A stretch of 64,000 bases of DNA from Nitrosopumilus sp. (GCA_965197525.1 OZ240211.1:1280001-1344000); one strand, 5' to 3'. Shown: positions 10,469 to 20,195, counted from the stretch's first letter. The notes: a model not told the origin generated them from the letters alone. Numbers and translations are program-made.

Positions 10469-11069
10469 CAGTTAAAAGACGGAAACCGTCTTTATCCATA
10501 ACCGCGATGTTAATTCCATCACCGGTACCAATATTTCGAACTATTGCAGCTTTGACAGCACGTAGAGCTATCTGTTTTGCTTCTTCTATTGTAAGATCTT
10601 CTTTATACTCTTCTTCTAGTAAACCATAAGCCACTGGTGAACCACTACCAGTTGTAACATATGGTTTCTCTTCGACTGAACCAAACATGTCAATGTTAAA
10701 TAGCTTAGGACCATTCCCATCGTATCCGCCTACTAGGATATCAGCCATAAATGGGTAGCCCCGGTTTTGATGAAATATTAGTGAACATAACCTAGCAAGT
10801 GAGTGAATTGATATTGGTTTCTGAGTTTCAACTCTATGAACATTGGAGTGGTAACGTAAAATATCGACAATGTTTTGTGCATCCGCAACGCCTCCTGCCA
10901 AAGTTAAGCCTGCGTGCAAGTCGATCTTTTGAATCTTCATGGTATTGTTGTTGGCAATGAAATAGCCTGCACTAGCCCTCATATCAGCGCATAAGACCAC
11001 ACCGTCTTTAGCTTTTATACCTACAGTGGTAGTCCCATGCAAAATTTTTTCTTCAACATTACTTGACAA
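10437..11069 (-). CDS. psmB: Proteasome beta subunit
   Basis: HGTTTVGIKAKDGVVLCADMRAS, TGSGS motif. Confidence 0.97.
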   Translation of the reverse strand: MSSNVEEKILHGTTTVGIKAKDGVVLCADMRASAGYFIANNNTMKIQKIDLHAGLTLAGGVADAQNIVDILRYHSNVHRVETQKPISIHSLARLCSLIFHQNRGYPFMADILVGGYDGNGPKLFNIDMFGSVEEKPYVTTGSGSPVAYGLLEEEYKEDLTIEEAKQIALRAVKAAIVRNIGTGDGINIAVMDKDGFRLLTDEQKKSVIEL

Positions 11070-11164
11070 AAATACACCTAAGTTAAAGTAAGTAATATGT
11101 TCCCTTTTAAATAACTTTTTGATCCATTGAAATCATAAATAATAACAAGAAATCAGAGTATTAT

Positions 11165-12208
11165 ATGCAATCACATACTATGGAACTGCCTAGACTTATT
11201 GAGATCGGTGAGAAGAACGTCAAGGATTTTGGAAAATTTCTAAACTCGCTGAATAGACCAAAAAAAGTATCACTAATAGCAGGTATTAACGTCCAAACGG
11301 TTTTAAGTAAAGAGATTGAAAAATCGTTAAAATTAGCAAAGATTCAGTATATTTGGCATACTTCAAAGGATAATCAAATAAATTTCATAAATAATATTCA
11401 AAAAGATGTAAAAAAAGATGGCTCCGATATGGTGGTTGGAATTGGTGGAGGTCGTTCAGTAGATACTGCCAAGTTAGTTTCATATAATTTAGACAAACCG
11501 TTTGTGAGTCTGCCGACTGCGGCATCTCATGATGGGATGGCAAGCCCATTTGTATCAATACAAAGTGATAAACCTCATTCAATTGTTGCAGTAGCGCCAA
11601 TGGGCGTCTTTGTAGATATTGACATTATTAAAAAAGCTCCCTTAAAATTACTGGCTAGCGGATGTGGTGATCTAATTGCAAATATTATAGCAGTAAAAGA
11701 TTGGCAACTAGGTCACAAAAAGACGGGAGAATACTATGGACGATACTCATCAAATTTGGCCATGATGAGCGCAAAGATAATCATGGAAAACTCTGCTGAG
11801 TTTGCAAAGAAAGGATTAGACGCGCGGGTAATTGTAGAGGGATTGATTAGTGCAGGAGTTGCGTCTTGTATTGCAGGAAGTAGCAGACCGTGTTCGGGTG
11901 CAGAGCATCTATTCTCGCATGCACTCGATAGACTTGCTCCAGGTGTGGGATTACATGGAGAAAAGTGTGGAATTGGTTCTATAATGATGGCAAAGTTACA
12001 AGGGCAGGATTGGGAAGGTATCATAAAGGCGCTAAAAAATGTGGGGGCACCAACTAGTGCAAAACAAATTGACTTAAAACCAGATATGGTAATTCAAGCT
12101 CTATGTATTGCACAAGAATTAAGACCGAAGAGATATACGATTCTAAAAGAGGTAAAAATGACTAAGAAGAAAGCAGAAAACCTTGCAAAGAGTACTAGAG
12201 TAATTTAA
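11165..12208 (+). CDS. egsA: sn-glycerol-1-phosphate dehydrogenase
   Basis: GIGGGRSVDTAK, PTAASHDG, SRPCSGAEHLFSHALD, LHGEKCG. Confidence 0.95.
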   Translation: MQSHTMELPRLIEIGEKNVKDFGKFLNSLNRPKKVSLIAGINVQTVLSKEIEKSLKLAKIQYIWHTSKDNQINFINNIQKDVKKDGSDMVVGIGGGRSVDTAKLVSYNLDKPFVSLPTAASHDGMASPFVSIQSDKPHSIVAVAPMGVFVDIDIIKKAPLKLLASGCGDLIANIIAVKDWQLGHKKTGEYYGRYSSNLAMMSAKIIMENSAEFAKKGLDARVIVEGLISAGVASCIAGSSRPCSGAEHLFSHALDRLAPGVGLHGEKCGIGSIMMAKLQGQDWEGIIKALKNVGAPTSAKQIDLKPDMVIQALCIAQELRPKRYTILKEVKMTKKKAENLAKSTRVI

Positions 12209-13011
12209 TCAGATTTTTCATTTGGAGCGGGTTCGGATGTTGTTGTAGTTGTAGTCGTTTTTGTTGTAGATGTCGTGGGTGTTGTATCATTAGGCGTGGA
12301 TTTGGATGTATCACTTGCAGGCGATGAATTTGTGTATGTTTCAATAAAATTTAGTGTATGTAGTGTTGGGACAAATTTGAAGATATTTTGCTGCATAAAA
12401 TGTTTTGTTATCTGCAAGTCTTCGGCACGGAAAACTTCTTCGGGAAGTATAATATCCAGAGTGTGGTCTTTTAAATTATAGTTAGTTTTCGCATCTTGTC
12501 CTCCAAATCTACTTGAAACAATTCCATTAATTCTACTATCTGGCGAATCTAGTGATTCTATAACATTGACGTCATAAAGAATTGTTTTTCCAGCGAATTT
12601 GTGGTTGTAATCTATGTGAACTCTGCCAGAGCCGATAAGACGGATGGTGCCTGTTTTATTATCAAGTGTGACTGTATCGCCGATTGTAACCTTGTCTGCA
12701 TCATCGCCTAACTTTCGAGTGGGAATTGCTCTAACTTTCTTAGGATCTCGCTGACCAAAAGCTTTGTCCGGTGGTACTTCGACTGTAAGTTTTTCTCCAA
12801 CAGATGTTTTTACAAGCGCTTCATCTAATCCCTGCAAGACAGAATAAGCAAAATCACCTAGTGAAACTAGTTTTGGTTGATATACGACATCTTCGCTGTA
12901 AATAGAATATTTCTCAGCATCTGCCTTAACAGTTGTGTCAAAAGCGTCGTCCGTACCTTTTATTCTAGCAGTGTAATCAATAAGGATTAAAGAACCTTTA
13001 TCAAAAGTCAA
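12205..13011 (-). CDS. FKBP-type peptidyl-prolyl isomerase (long archaeal type) with Thr-rich tail
   Basis: LIDYTARI..FDTT, GLDEAL, PPDKAFG.RDP, DYNHKFAGKTILY. Confidence 0.92.
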   Translation of the reverse strand: MTFDKGSLILIDYTARIKGTDDAFDTTVKADAEKYSIYSEDVVYQPKLVSLGDFAYSVLQGLDEALVKTSVGEKLTVEVPPDKAFGQRDPKKVRAIPTRKLGDDADKVTIGDTVTLDNKTGTIRLIGSGRVHIDYNHKFAGKTILYDVNVIESLDSPDSRINGIVSSRFGGQDAKTNYNLKDHTLDIILPEEVFRAEDLQITKHFMQQNIFKFVPTLHTLNFIETYTNSSPASDTSKSTPNDTTPTTSTTKTTTTTTTSEPAPNEKSD

Positions 13012-13187
13012 TGTGAATTGTTTTGAAATTCCTTATATTAAGTTAAACTTTGTCAGAGTAGACAATTTGGAGATTGACATTCAAGAAGATTGTTTTAAAA
13101 ATTCAATATAAAAAATGGTGTAGGCATAGAATATTATAAAATGAGAATAGAATTTTAGATTGTAAATAATGTGTATGCAGAAATAAT

Positions 13188-14342
13188 TTAGAGGCCTTTT
13201 AGTTTATCTTCTGCAGTTTTGAGTCCTGCAGCAGAATCTGTATCATATCCCATCATTGCCAATGTGGATGAAATTGCAGAGATGGTTCTCATAACGTGAT
13301 ATGGGCTAACCTCACCCATACAGCCAACTCGGAACACCTTGCCTTTGAGATCGCCGAATCCTCCTGCAACTAAAACTTTGAATTTATCAGCTAGTGTATT
13401 TCTGAAAGTTTTGTCCTCCAAACCTTCCAAATAGTTTAACGCAACAATCGAGATCGATCGATCTTCTTCTTTTGCAAATGGTGTTAGACCAATTGCGCTT
13501 AATCCAGAGTATAGTGCGTCAGAACAGATCTTATGACGTTTAAAGACATTTTCTAATCCCTCTTCTAACATTATTGAGAGTGCCTCTCGATATGCATAAA
13601 GTAACGGTAGTGCAGGAGTAAAAGGAGTGTGCTTTGATTCTTCATAGTAATGAAAGTATCTTGCAAGATTAAAGTACATGGTTGCGGGGGGATTCTCGAT
13701 CATGTATTTTTTAGCTTTAGGACTGACTGATATTGGTGAGATGCCGGGAGGTGCTGCAATTGCTTTTTGAGCACCAGTCATGCATACGTCAATATTCCAC
13801 TTGTCTACAGGAAGTTGAGCGCCGCCTAATAACGAAACAGAGTCTACGATGTAAAATGCATCGTTTCTAGATGTCAAATCAGATATTCGATCAAGATAGT
13901 TTACCATAGTTCCAGTTGATGTCTCATTATGAACTACGTAAAATGCTTTGACATCTTTGTTATTATCAAATGCTTCTTTAACTTGATCAAAAGTTGCATT
14001 CTCTCCAGGCGGAGTCTGGAGTTTTACCACATTTGCACCTTGATTCTGGATTAGTTGTGCTAGTCTGTTACTAAATTCGCCATTTACAGGAATTATAATT
14101 TTATCATCTTTCTTAACTAAATTTATGACACCGGCTTCTACTGCACCAGTTCCAGAACACGACAGAGCAACAATATCATTTTGTGTTTGAAATACTTTTT
14201 GGGTCTTTTCAACGACATCAGTGTACAGTTCTACAAAATCATAACTTCTATGATTAATTATGGGTGCAAGCATTGCTCTCATAACTCTATTAGGTACGTT
14301 AGTTGGACCTGGAAGCATTGATAAGTATTCCATCTGAATCAA
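13188..14342 (-). CDS. Class V PLP aminotransferase (serine/alanine-glyoxylate type)
   Basis: LPGPTNVP, VHNETSTG, DSVS, TGAQKA PLP-lysine, RVGCMG. Confidence 0.92.
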   Translation of the reverse strand: MIQMEYLSMLPGPTNVPNRVMRAMLAPIINHRSYDFVELYTDVVEKTQKVFQTQNDIVALSCSGTGAVEAGVINLVKKDDKIIIPVNGEFSNRLAQLIQNQGANVVKLQTPPGENATFDQVKEAFDNNKDVKAFYVVHNETSTGTMVNYLDRISDLTSRNDAFYIVDSVSLLGGAQLPVDKWNIDVCMTGAQKAIAAPPGISPISVSPKAKKYMIENPPATMYFNLARYFHYYEESKHTPFTPALPLLYAYREALSIMLEEGLENVFKRHKICSDALYSGLSAIGLTPFAKEEDRSISIVALNYLEGLEDKTFRNTLADKFKVLVAGGFGDLKGKVFRVGCMGEVSPYHVMRTISAISSTLAMMGYDTDSAAGLKTAEDKLKGL

Positions 14343-14365
14343 GATATTTTTGGGATTATTTATAA

Positions 14366-14860
14366 TTAGATATTTCTTAGATGTTTTTTAGCGTTAGTTG
14401 TTTTCAAAAAATCTCTAGTCCCCGAAGGTACTAGATCGACCCAAGATTTATCATTAGTTATAAGATCACGTATATTAGTTCCCGACAATTCAGATCTATT
14501 TAGAAACGGAATAGAGATAACTTGACAGGATCTATGTGAATACAAATGTTTAGTTAGTTCATCATTTGAAAAGACTAGATCAAATTTGGGAACGATGTTA
14601 GATATAGCTTCAATCCATTTGATATGATTGTCAAAATCAGGAATGGTGTAAATCGAGATTCTCTCTTTCATTTTGTCATTAATTGAGGACCATATCATGG
14701 TCTCACGTTGTTTGGCTGTGAAGGGATTGTCTTTTTGAGGAGGTTTGTTGGAACTGCCTAGACCAATAAACAGTTTATCAACTCTTGATAATGCAAATTC
14801 TAATGCATGAAGATGTCCTAAATGAAAAGGTTGGAATCTCCCAACTAGTAGTCCATTCAT
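14366..14860 (-). CDS. Nicotinamide-nucleotide adenylyltransferase
   Basis: GRFQPFHLGH (HxGH), NPFT, SGTNIR. Confidence 0.93.
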   Translation of the reverse strand: MNGLLVGRFQPFHLGHLHALEFALSRVDKLFIGLGSSNKPPQKDNPFTAKQRETMIWSSINDKMKERISIYTIPDFDNHIKWIEAISNIVPKFDLVFSNDELTKHLYSHRSCQVISIPFLNRSELSGTNIRDLITNDKSWVDLVPSGTRDFLKTTNAKKHLRNI

Positions 14861-14911
14861 ACAAGATATAGAAATTTTTCTTTTTTAAAAAACTATCATA
14901 AGGTGTGTTAA

Positions 14912-15961
14912 ATGATGGTAAACGTGGAGTTTTTAGATATAAATGGGGGTTATGGTGAAGGAGGTGGGCAGATTATCCGCACAGCAATTACTCTGTCATG
15001 TATTACAGGGCAACCAATTCGTATAGAGAATATAAGGAAAAATAGAAGTGTGCCGGGTTTAAAACCGCAGCATCTCACGGCAATTACAATTCTTCAAAAG
15101 ATAACAAATGCCAAAGTTGCTGGGGCAGAGATGGGCTCTACTGAACTAGAGTTTATTCCAGGAAATATTAAAAGTACGAAACTGATTGAAGATGTAAAAA
15201 CTGCAGGAAGTATTTCCTTAATTGTACAAGCCTTGATTCTTGTAGTTGCAGTCGCGGGGAAGAAGCTTGAACTAGAAATTAAAGGAGGAACCGATGTTCT
15301 TTGGAGTCCATCGATTAATTATACTCAATATGTTCTAAAAAATGCATACTCTAAGATGGGAATAAGATTTGAGATGCAGGTAGGAAAACCTGGTTACTAT
15401 CCAAAAGGTGGAGGTAAGATCAAACTAACAGTATATCCAAGTACTGTAAGAGCGTTAAGACTTTCAGAGAGAATAACGCATAATGCAAAATTGACATGTT
15501 CATTTTCAAAACTCTCAGGTAAAATAATAGCAGATAGCACTCAGGCAATTAAAAAGACGTTGATAGGTGCAAATTTCATTGTAGATTCGGAGATTGTAAT
15601 GCAGCAGGCGTTAGATTCAGGAGCGTCTTTGCTAGTTTATAGTGCTGATGAGAATTCTGTAATTGGTGTTGATGGATTGTTTGATCAAAACACACAGCAG
15701 TTTGGTTTGGATGTTAACAGATTTGTTGAAGGGTGTTCAGTTGATGAGAATTTAGCGGATATGTTAGTGGTTCCTGCAAGCTTGGCTGACGGAAAGACTA
15801 CATTTCGTGTCAGAAGAATAACAAGGCATTTGGAGACAAACTTGTTTGTCACATCGCAAATTACAGGCTGTAAATATGGAATTGGAAGGGTGAGTAGAGG
15901 GTTTGAAATAATCATAGAGGGAGTCTCATACTCCCGCATCAAGCAATGCTGCAAAAAGTAA
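14912..15961 (+). CDS. rtcA: RNA 3'-terminal phosphate cyclase
   Basis: GEGGGQIIR, PGLKPQHL, GGTDV, GYYPKGGG, HLETN. Confidence 0.93.
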   Translation: MMVNVEFLDINGGYGEGGGQIIRTAITLSCITGQPIRIENIRKNRSVPGLKPQHLTAITILQKITNAKVAGAEMGSTELEFIPGNIKSTKLIEDVKTAGSISLIVQALILVVAVAGKKLELEIKGGTDVLWSPSINYTQYVLKNAYSKMGIRFEMQVGKPGYYPKGGGKIKLTVYPSTVRALRLSERITHNAKLTCSFSKLSGKIIADSTQAIKKTLIGANFIVDSEIVMQQALDSGASLLVYSADENSVIGVDGLFDQNTQQFGLDVNRFVEGCSVDENLADMLVVPASLADGKTTFRVRRITRHLETNLFVTSQITGCKYGIGRVSRGFEIIIEGVSYSRIKQCCKK

Positions 15962-16423
15962 GATTGCAACAGATAAAACCACCGTAACTTCTCCAAGAAT
16001 AATTATCTTTTTTCGTAATTTTTGAAGCTCGGGTTCGGATATTTGATTTGACATGATCTTCTCTTCAACATCTTTGCGAATCACTCGTACATGAATCACA
16101 TATGTAATAATTAAAGCAATTACGAGAATTATTTTAATAATCAGAAATGTTCCATAACTTGATGCGATAAGAAGATCAGGTCGACCAAGTAAGATATGGG
16201 AGTTATACACGCCAGTTACTATTAGGATAATCAATGATGGGACAGCAATTTTGTTAAATCGTCTTCCCACACGAATCATTATCTGCATTCGTTCAGGGAC
16301 TGAGTCAGTAATCGTCTTTAAAAGCGGAGACAACACAAGTCCGATAGTTAATGAACCTCCAACCCAGATTGAAGCTCCGACAAGGTGAATCCAAGTAATA
16401 ATTGCCTGCTCTAGCGCTGCCAT
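15926..16423 (-). CDS. CopD-family four-TM membrane protein
   Basis: WIHLVGASIWVGG, TGVYN, SYG..LIIKIILV. Confidence 0.75.
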   Translation of the reverse strand: MAALEQAIITWIHLVGASIWVGGSLTIGLVLSPLLKTITDSVPERMQIMIRVGRRFNKIAVPSLIILIVTGVYNSHILLGRPDLLIASSYGTFLIIKIILVIALIITYVIHVRVIRKDVEEKIMSNQISEPELQKLRKKIIILGEVTVVLSVAILLFAALLDAGV

Positions 16424-16575
16424 GAATTGAAATATTTTGAAACAATATTATGTATTTGGATCAGCGGTTTTTGGGTTTGACAGTTTTTGGATCTTTTTGT
16501 TTATCAAATGATAGTTTGTAGCCACGCAAAATTTTTTAAAAATAATGTCAAAATATCAAGATCTGTTCATAAAAC

Positions 16576-17184
16576 TTGATTTTAGGCTTTGAAAAAGAAG
16601 TGTCAACTTGTATTTTTGAGACAAAAACACGGACACTTACAATCCTGTTGACAACCTTTTTTAGTTGTACAAAAATAATGATTGAGATGACACTGCAAAG
16701 TAAGACAACTGTTTATGCAGCTGTCGCAGGAGTCCTGGCTTTAATGATAGCAATCGTTGGATATGCAAGCCTCGATAACGAGGATCTCCAGCAAGTTGAG
16801 ATCGAGTTAGAAAGTGTAGAACTAAAAGAAGTAAATTCTGTTGCCAACCAAGTAAGACTGGATGTTACATTTCTAGTGAAGAATCCTAGTGATACGACAT
16901 TAACTATATCAATTATTGATTATCAACTGTACGCTGATGACGTATTATTAGGTCCTGGATTATATACTACAGCAGATATTGCGTTGCCAGGCAGGGCGTT
17001 GTTTTATTCAGGGGCAGAAATTCCTTTAAAAAATATATTTGTGCTAGATAGATCTGAGAGAAATTCGGAAGTTTTTGACTCCATAGCAAATAATGAGATC
17101 ACAAACTTTAGTGCTGTAGGCACAATAACTAGTCAAACATCATGGAGTGAGACGGATAAGGACTTTGAAACCAGTATTAATTAA
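16576..17184 (+). CDS. Membrane-anchored LEA_2-like protein (true start probably near 16687)
   Basis: TM segment VYAAVAGVLALMIAIVGYA, then VTFLVKNPSDTTLTISIIDYQLY, typical of LEA_2/WHy domains. Confidence 0.6.
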   Translation: MILGFEKEVSTCIFETKTRTLTILLTTFFSCTKIMIEMTLQSKTTVYAAVAGVLALMIAIVGYASLDNEDLQQVEIELESVELKEVNSVANQVRLDVTFLVKNPSDTTLTISIIDYQLYADDVLLGPGLYTTADIALPGRALFYSGAEIPLKNIFVLDRSERNSEVFDSIANNEITNFSAVGTITSQTSWSETDKDFETSIN

Positions 17185-17187
17185 AAG

Positions 17188-17261
17188 TGGGTCGAGTGAG
17201 ATTCGAACTCACGATCACCGCCGTGTCGAGGCGGTATCCTAACCAGCTAGACTACCGACCC
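17188..17261 (-). tRNA. tRNA-Val(GAC)
   Basis: Reverse complement folds as GGGTCGG/TCGACCC acceptor, CCGCC-TCGACAC-GGCGG anticodon arm, GTGAG-TTCGAAT-CTCAC T arm, A73. Position 33 is C. Confidence 0.93.
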
Positions 17262-17343
17262 ATTGAAGTAAAAGGAGAGAGAGTGACATTATTAACGTTT
17301 AAGAAGAGAAAGAGTGAATAAAAGCATAGAAGATGTAGTATAG

Positions 17344-18054
17344 GTGGCTGATAATTTTACTGAAGAAGAGAAGAGAGGCTTTTACAAAGCAATTTACTCA
17401 AGAAGAGATGTAAGATCACATTTTACATCAAGGCCAATAGGAGATAATGTATTGTCAAAGATTCTTCATGCTGCACATCATGCACCTTCAGTCGGATTTT
17501 CCCAACCGTGGAACTTTATTCTAATAAAAGATGGTAAGACCAAAAAGATGATCAAAGAATCATTTGATAAAGAAAGGGAACGATCATCGCAGTTAGTTAC
17601 AGAACCTAAGAGATCAAAGTACCTCTCGTTGAAATTGGAAGGAATATTGGAGTCGCCAGTAAATCTTTGTGTAACGTATGACCCCACAAAGTTTGGTCCA
17701 TTTGTAATTGGAAGATCAAGTATTCCAGAAGCGGGTTTATACAGTGTGTGTTGTGCGATTCAAAACTTGTGGCTAGCAGCCAGAACAGAGGGAGTGGGCC
17801 TTGGATGGGTAAGTATCCTATCAAATGAGGTACTAAAAGATGCTTTAGTGCTGCCTGAGCACATAGTTCCAGTTGCATATCTGTGCTTGGGATATGTCGA
17901 TGATTTTGCAGAAAAACCAGATCTTGAAACAGAAGGATGGCTACCACGCCTAGAATTAAAAGATGTGGTGTACTATGAACGATGGAACAATACGGAGAGT
18001 AAAGACTGGGATAACATTCAGAATATGATTAGAGATAATTTTGATTACGCTTAA
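17344..18054 (+). CDS. bluB: 5,6-dimethylbenzimidazole synthase
   Basis: RRDVR, AHHAPSVGFSQPWNF, LEGILESP, AIQNLWLAARTEGVGLGWVS. Confidence 0.95.
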   Translation: MADNFTEEEKRGFYKAIYSRRDVRSHFTSRPIGDNVLSKILHAAHHAPSVGFSQPWNFILIKDGKTKKMIKESFDKERERSSQLVTEPKRSKYLSLKLEGILESPVNLCVTYDPTKFGPFVIGRSSIPEAGLYSVCCAIQNLWLAARTEGVGLGWVSILSNEVLKDALVLPEHIVPVAYLCLGYVDDFAEKPDLETEGWLPRLELKDVVYYERWNNTESKDWDNIQNMIRDNFDYA

Positions 18055-18078
18055 ATAATTAGAAAAATGTTTTTGCTT

Positions 18079-18171
18079 GGGCTTGTGGCGCAGAGTCAAT
18101 TTGACGCGAAGTATGGATAGCGTGGTAGCCTCCTAAGTTACAGGTCGAGGGATCGAAGCCCTCCAAGCCCG
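18079..18171 (+). tRNA. tRNA-Arg(CCT) with an 18-nt intron in the D-loop (18094-18111)
   Basis: GGGCTTG/CAAGCCC acceptor and GTAGC-CTCCTAA-GTTAC anticodon arm. Removing AGTCAATTTGACGCGAAG gives a 75-nt cloverleaf with G18-G19-A20 and G73. Confidence 0.9.
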
Positions 18172-18336
18172 TTATTAATCATAGCTTTTAGTAAGAAGAT
18201 AGAACGGCAAGTCAGGTAAACGGTAACGGCATAAATGGAAAACTAACTGTAAATTAATAGAATCACTAAAATTTCAATACCTAGTTCGTAACTCAGACTT
18301 ACAGACATTTAAATATAAAATTGAATTACCGTAAAT

Positions 18337-18867
18337 ATGAAGATAGTCGTAATTTCGGGCAGTCCACGAAAAAATGCCAATACACAGATAATAATGAAGT
18401 ATGTGTTTGAATATACTAAATCAAAAAATGCCGATACAAAACTAATCAATCTCTCAGAACAAGATGTTCAATGTTATAAGGGACCTGATGTAGAATACAA
18501 TGATGCAACTCGTACTGCAGCACAAGATATTACTGATGCGGATGTGTGGTTAATCGGTTCGCCAATTTATAACTCATTTTTCAGCTCTGCGTTAAAAAAT
18601 CTGTTTGAATATATCAACTATAAAAAAACACCGGGAAAAGTTGCTGGAATGGCAATTTTAGCTGCTGGAAACATTGGTTTTATTGACGTCCAAACATTAA
18701 TCACGCAGCTGCTATCATATTTCAGAGTAATAGCAAATCCAAAGGCAGTGTTTTTAACTACAGAATGCATAGCTGGAAATGCTGTATCAGACGTAGATGC
18801 ACAAAATAGACTAAAAGAGATGGTAGATGAAACTTTGGAGCTTGCCTCCAAGATACATAACAATTGA
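18337..18867 (+). CDS. NADPH-dependent FMN reductase
   Basis: ISGSPRKNANT, GSPIYNSFFSSALKNLFE flavodoxin-like motifs. Confidence 0.9.
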   Translation: MKIVVISGSPRKNANTQIIMKYVFEYTKSKNADTKLINLSEQDVQCYKGPDVEYNDATRTAAQDITDADVWLIGSPIYNSFFSSALKNLFEYINYKKTPGKVAGMAILAAGNIGFIDVQTLITQLLSYFRVIANPKAVFLTTECIAGNAVSDVDAQNRLKEMVDETLELASKIHNN

Positions 18868-18933
18868 GTATCGTAATTAAATTTTTAAAAATACAAATAT
18901 TAAAAACAACAATAAAACTAACCTAAAAGTAGG

Positions 18934-19065
18934 ATGGATCCAACAGAATTATGTTCATGTAAATGTCATTATGGTGGTGCTGTTAGTTGTCCTAGTTGTA
19001 AGAATAGTCATAATAACAATAGTAACAGTAATGATGATACAATATGCTGTCATTGTAAAGATTAG
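18934..19065 (+). CDS. 43-aa Cys/His-rich metallothionein-like microprotein
   Basis: Manual translation MDPTELCSCKCHYGGAVSCPSCKNSHNNNSNSNDDTICCHCKD (8 Cys, 3 His); fills the gap between two genes; below the ORF-track cutoff. Confidence 0.7.
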   Translation: MDPTELCSCKCHYGGAVSCPSCKNSHNNNSNSNDDTICCHCKD

Positions 19066-19067
19066 AA

Positions 19068-19547
19068 TTATTTTGAATTCTTTCTTTTAGTCGATAACGT
19101 TTTGAGATTAGCCAGCTCAGTCTTTAATGACTCAATCTGGACACGGGTCTCTAGGTTGGCAATTTGTTGATTTAATCGTTCAATCTCATCATCTTTGAGT
19201 TTGACTGATTTCTTCAAATCGTTCAATTCAAGTGATAGTTCGTTTTGAATCTGCTTTATCTCTACTAGAGCAACTTGGTCTCCTTGAGTTGTAATTTTTA
19301 CAACCTGCATATCCTCCTGTGAGTGTCCAATTTCGTTGTGAGATGGGGTGGCATAACTATGCATATAATCAGTACTCTTTTGAGAGATCCAGCACGTAAA
19401 TGTTAGAAAAGCTGTAATTGGGATTGCCATTATGAATATAAAATTTAAAAGAGACGTCCATTCAAGAAACCAAAACCACGTTATAGCTAGTGCTACTGTA
19501 AAAACACCTGTTGCCAAAGTAGCCAACTGATTCCCCAAATACCCCAT
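19068..19547 (-). CDS. Hypothetical protein, two N-terminal TMs plus C-terminal coiled coil
   Basis: Hydrophobic N-terminus; heptad ELNDLKKSVKLKDDEIERLNQQIANLE. Confidence 0.7.
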   Translation of the reverse strand: MGYLGNQLATLATGVFTVALAITWFWFLEWTSLLNFIFIMAIPITAFLTFTCWISQKSTDYMHSYATPSHNEIGHSQEDMQVVKITTQGDQVALVEIKQIQNELSLELNDLKKSVKLKDDEIERLNQQIANLETRVQIESLKTELANLKTLSTKRKNSK

Positions 19548-19718
19548 TAGTTATTTTGAAAATTCATTATTTATAATAGTAATGCTGCTAAAAGGGATCG
19601 CGCGTATTTACGATAATGCCTAATAGAACAACGTTTTGTGCAGTTAGAAAATAAACACTGGGTTTGATCTAAACCTTCCTTACAAAAGACTATAAAGATG
19701 TGCTAGAAGATCAACTGT

Positions 19719-20195
19719 ATGGCTACAGTAAATATTGAAACCAATTTAGGGAAAATTTCATTCAAGTTATTGCCTGAATTAGCGCCAGAGACTGTAAGAA
19801 ACTTTGAAAAATTAGTAAAAGATGGATTTTATGATGGTACTTTATTCCACAGGATTATCCCCGGTTTCATGATCCAAGGCGGTGATCCCAACACAAAAAC
19901 CGATAACAAGGGATCATGGGGAATGGGAGGAGCGGGATACACCATAAACGCTGAATTTAGTTCAAGATCTCATCTAAGAGGTATAGTATCTATGGCTAGA
20001 GCACAAGACCCAAACAGTGCAGGTTCACAGTTTTTCATAGTAACAGCAGATAGTACATTCCTAGATAAGCAGTATACTGTATTTGGAGAGGTAACACAAG
20101 GAATGGATGTTGCAGACAAGATTGTAAAACAGGATAGAGACAATAATGACTGTCCGTTAGAAAAGATACAGATGACTCGTGTTAGTGTAGAATAA
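19719..20195 (+). CDS. Cyclophilin-type peptidyl-prolyl isomerase
   Basis: FHRIIPGFMIQGGDP, SMARAQDPNSAGSQFFI, YTVFG. Confidence 0.96.
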   Translation: MATVNIETNLGKISFKLLPELAPETVRNFEKLVKDGFYDGTLFHRIIPGFMIQGGDPNTKTDNKGSWGMGGAGYTINAEFSSRSHLRGIVSMARAQDPNSAGSQFFIVTADSTFLDKQYTVFGEVTQGMDVADKIVKQDRDNNDCPLEKIQMTRVSVE

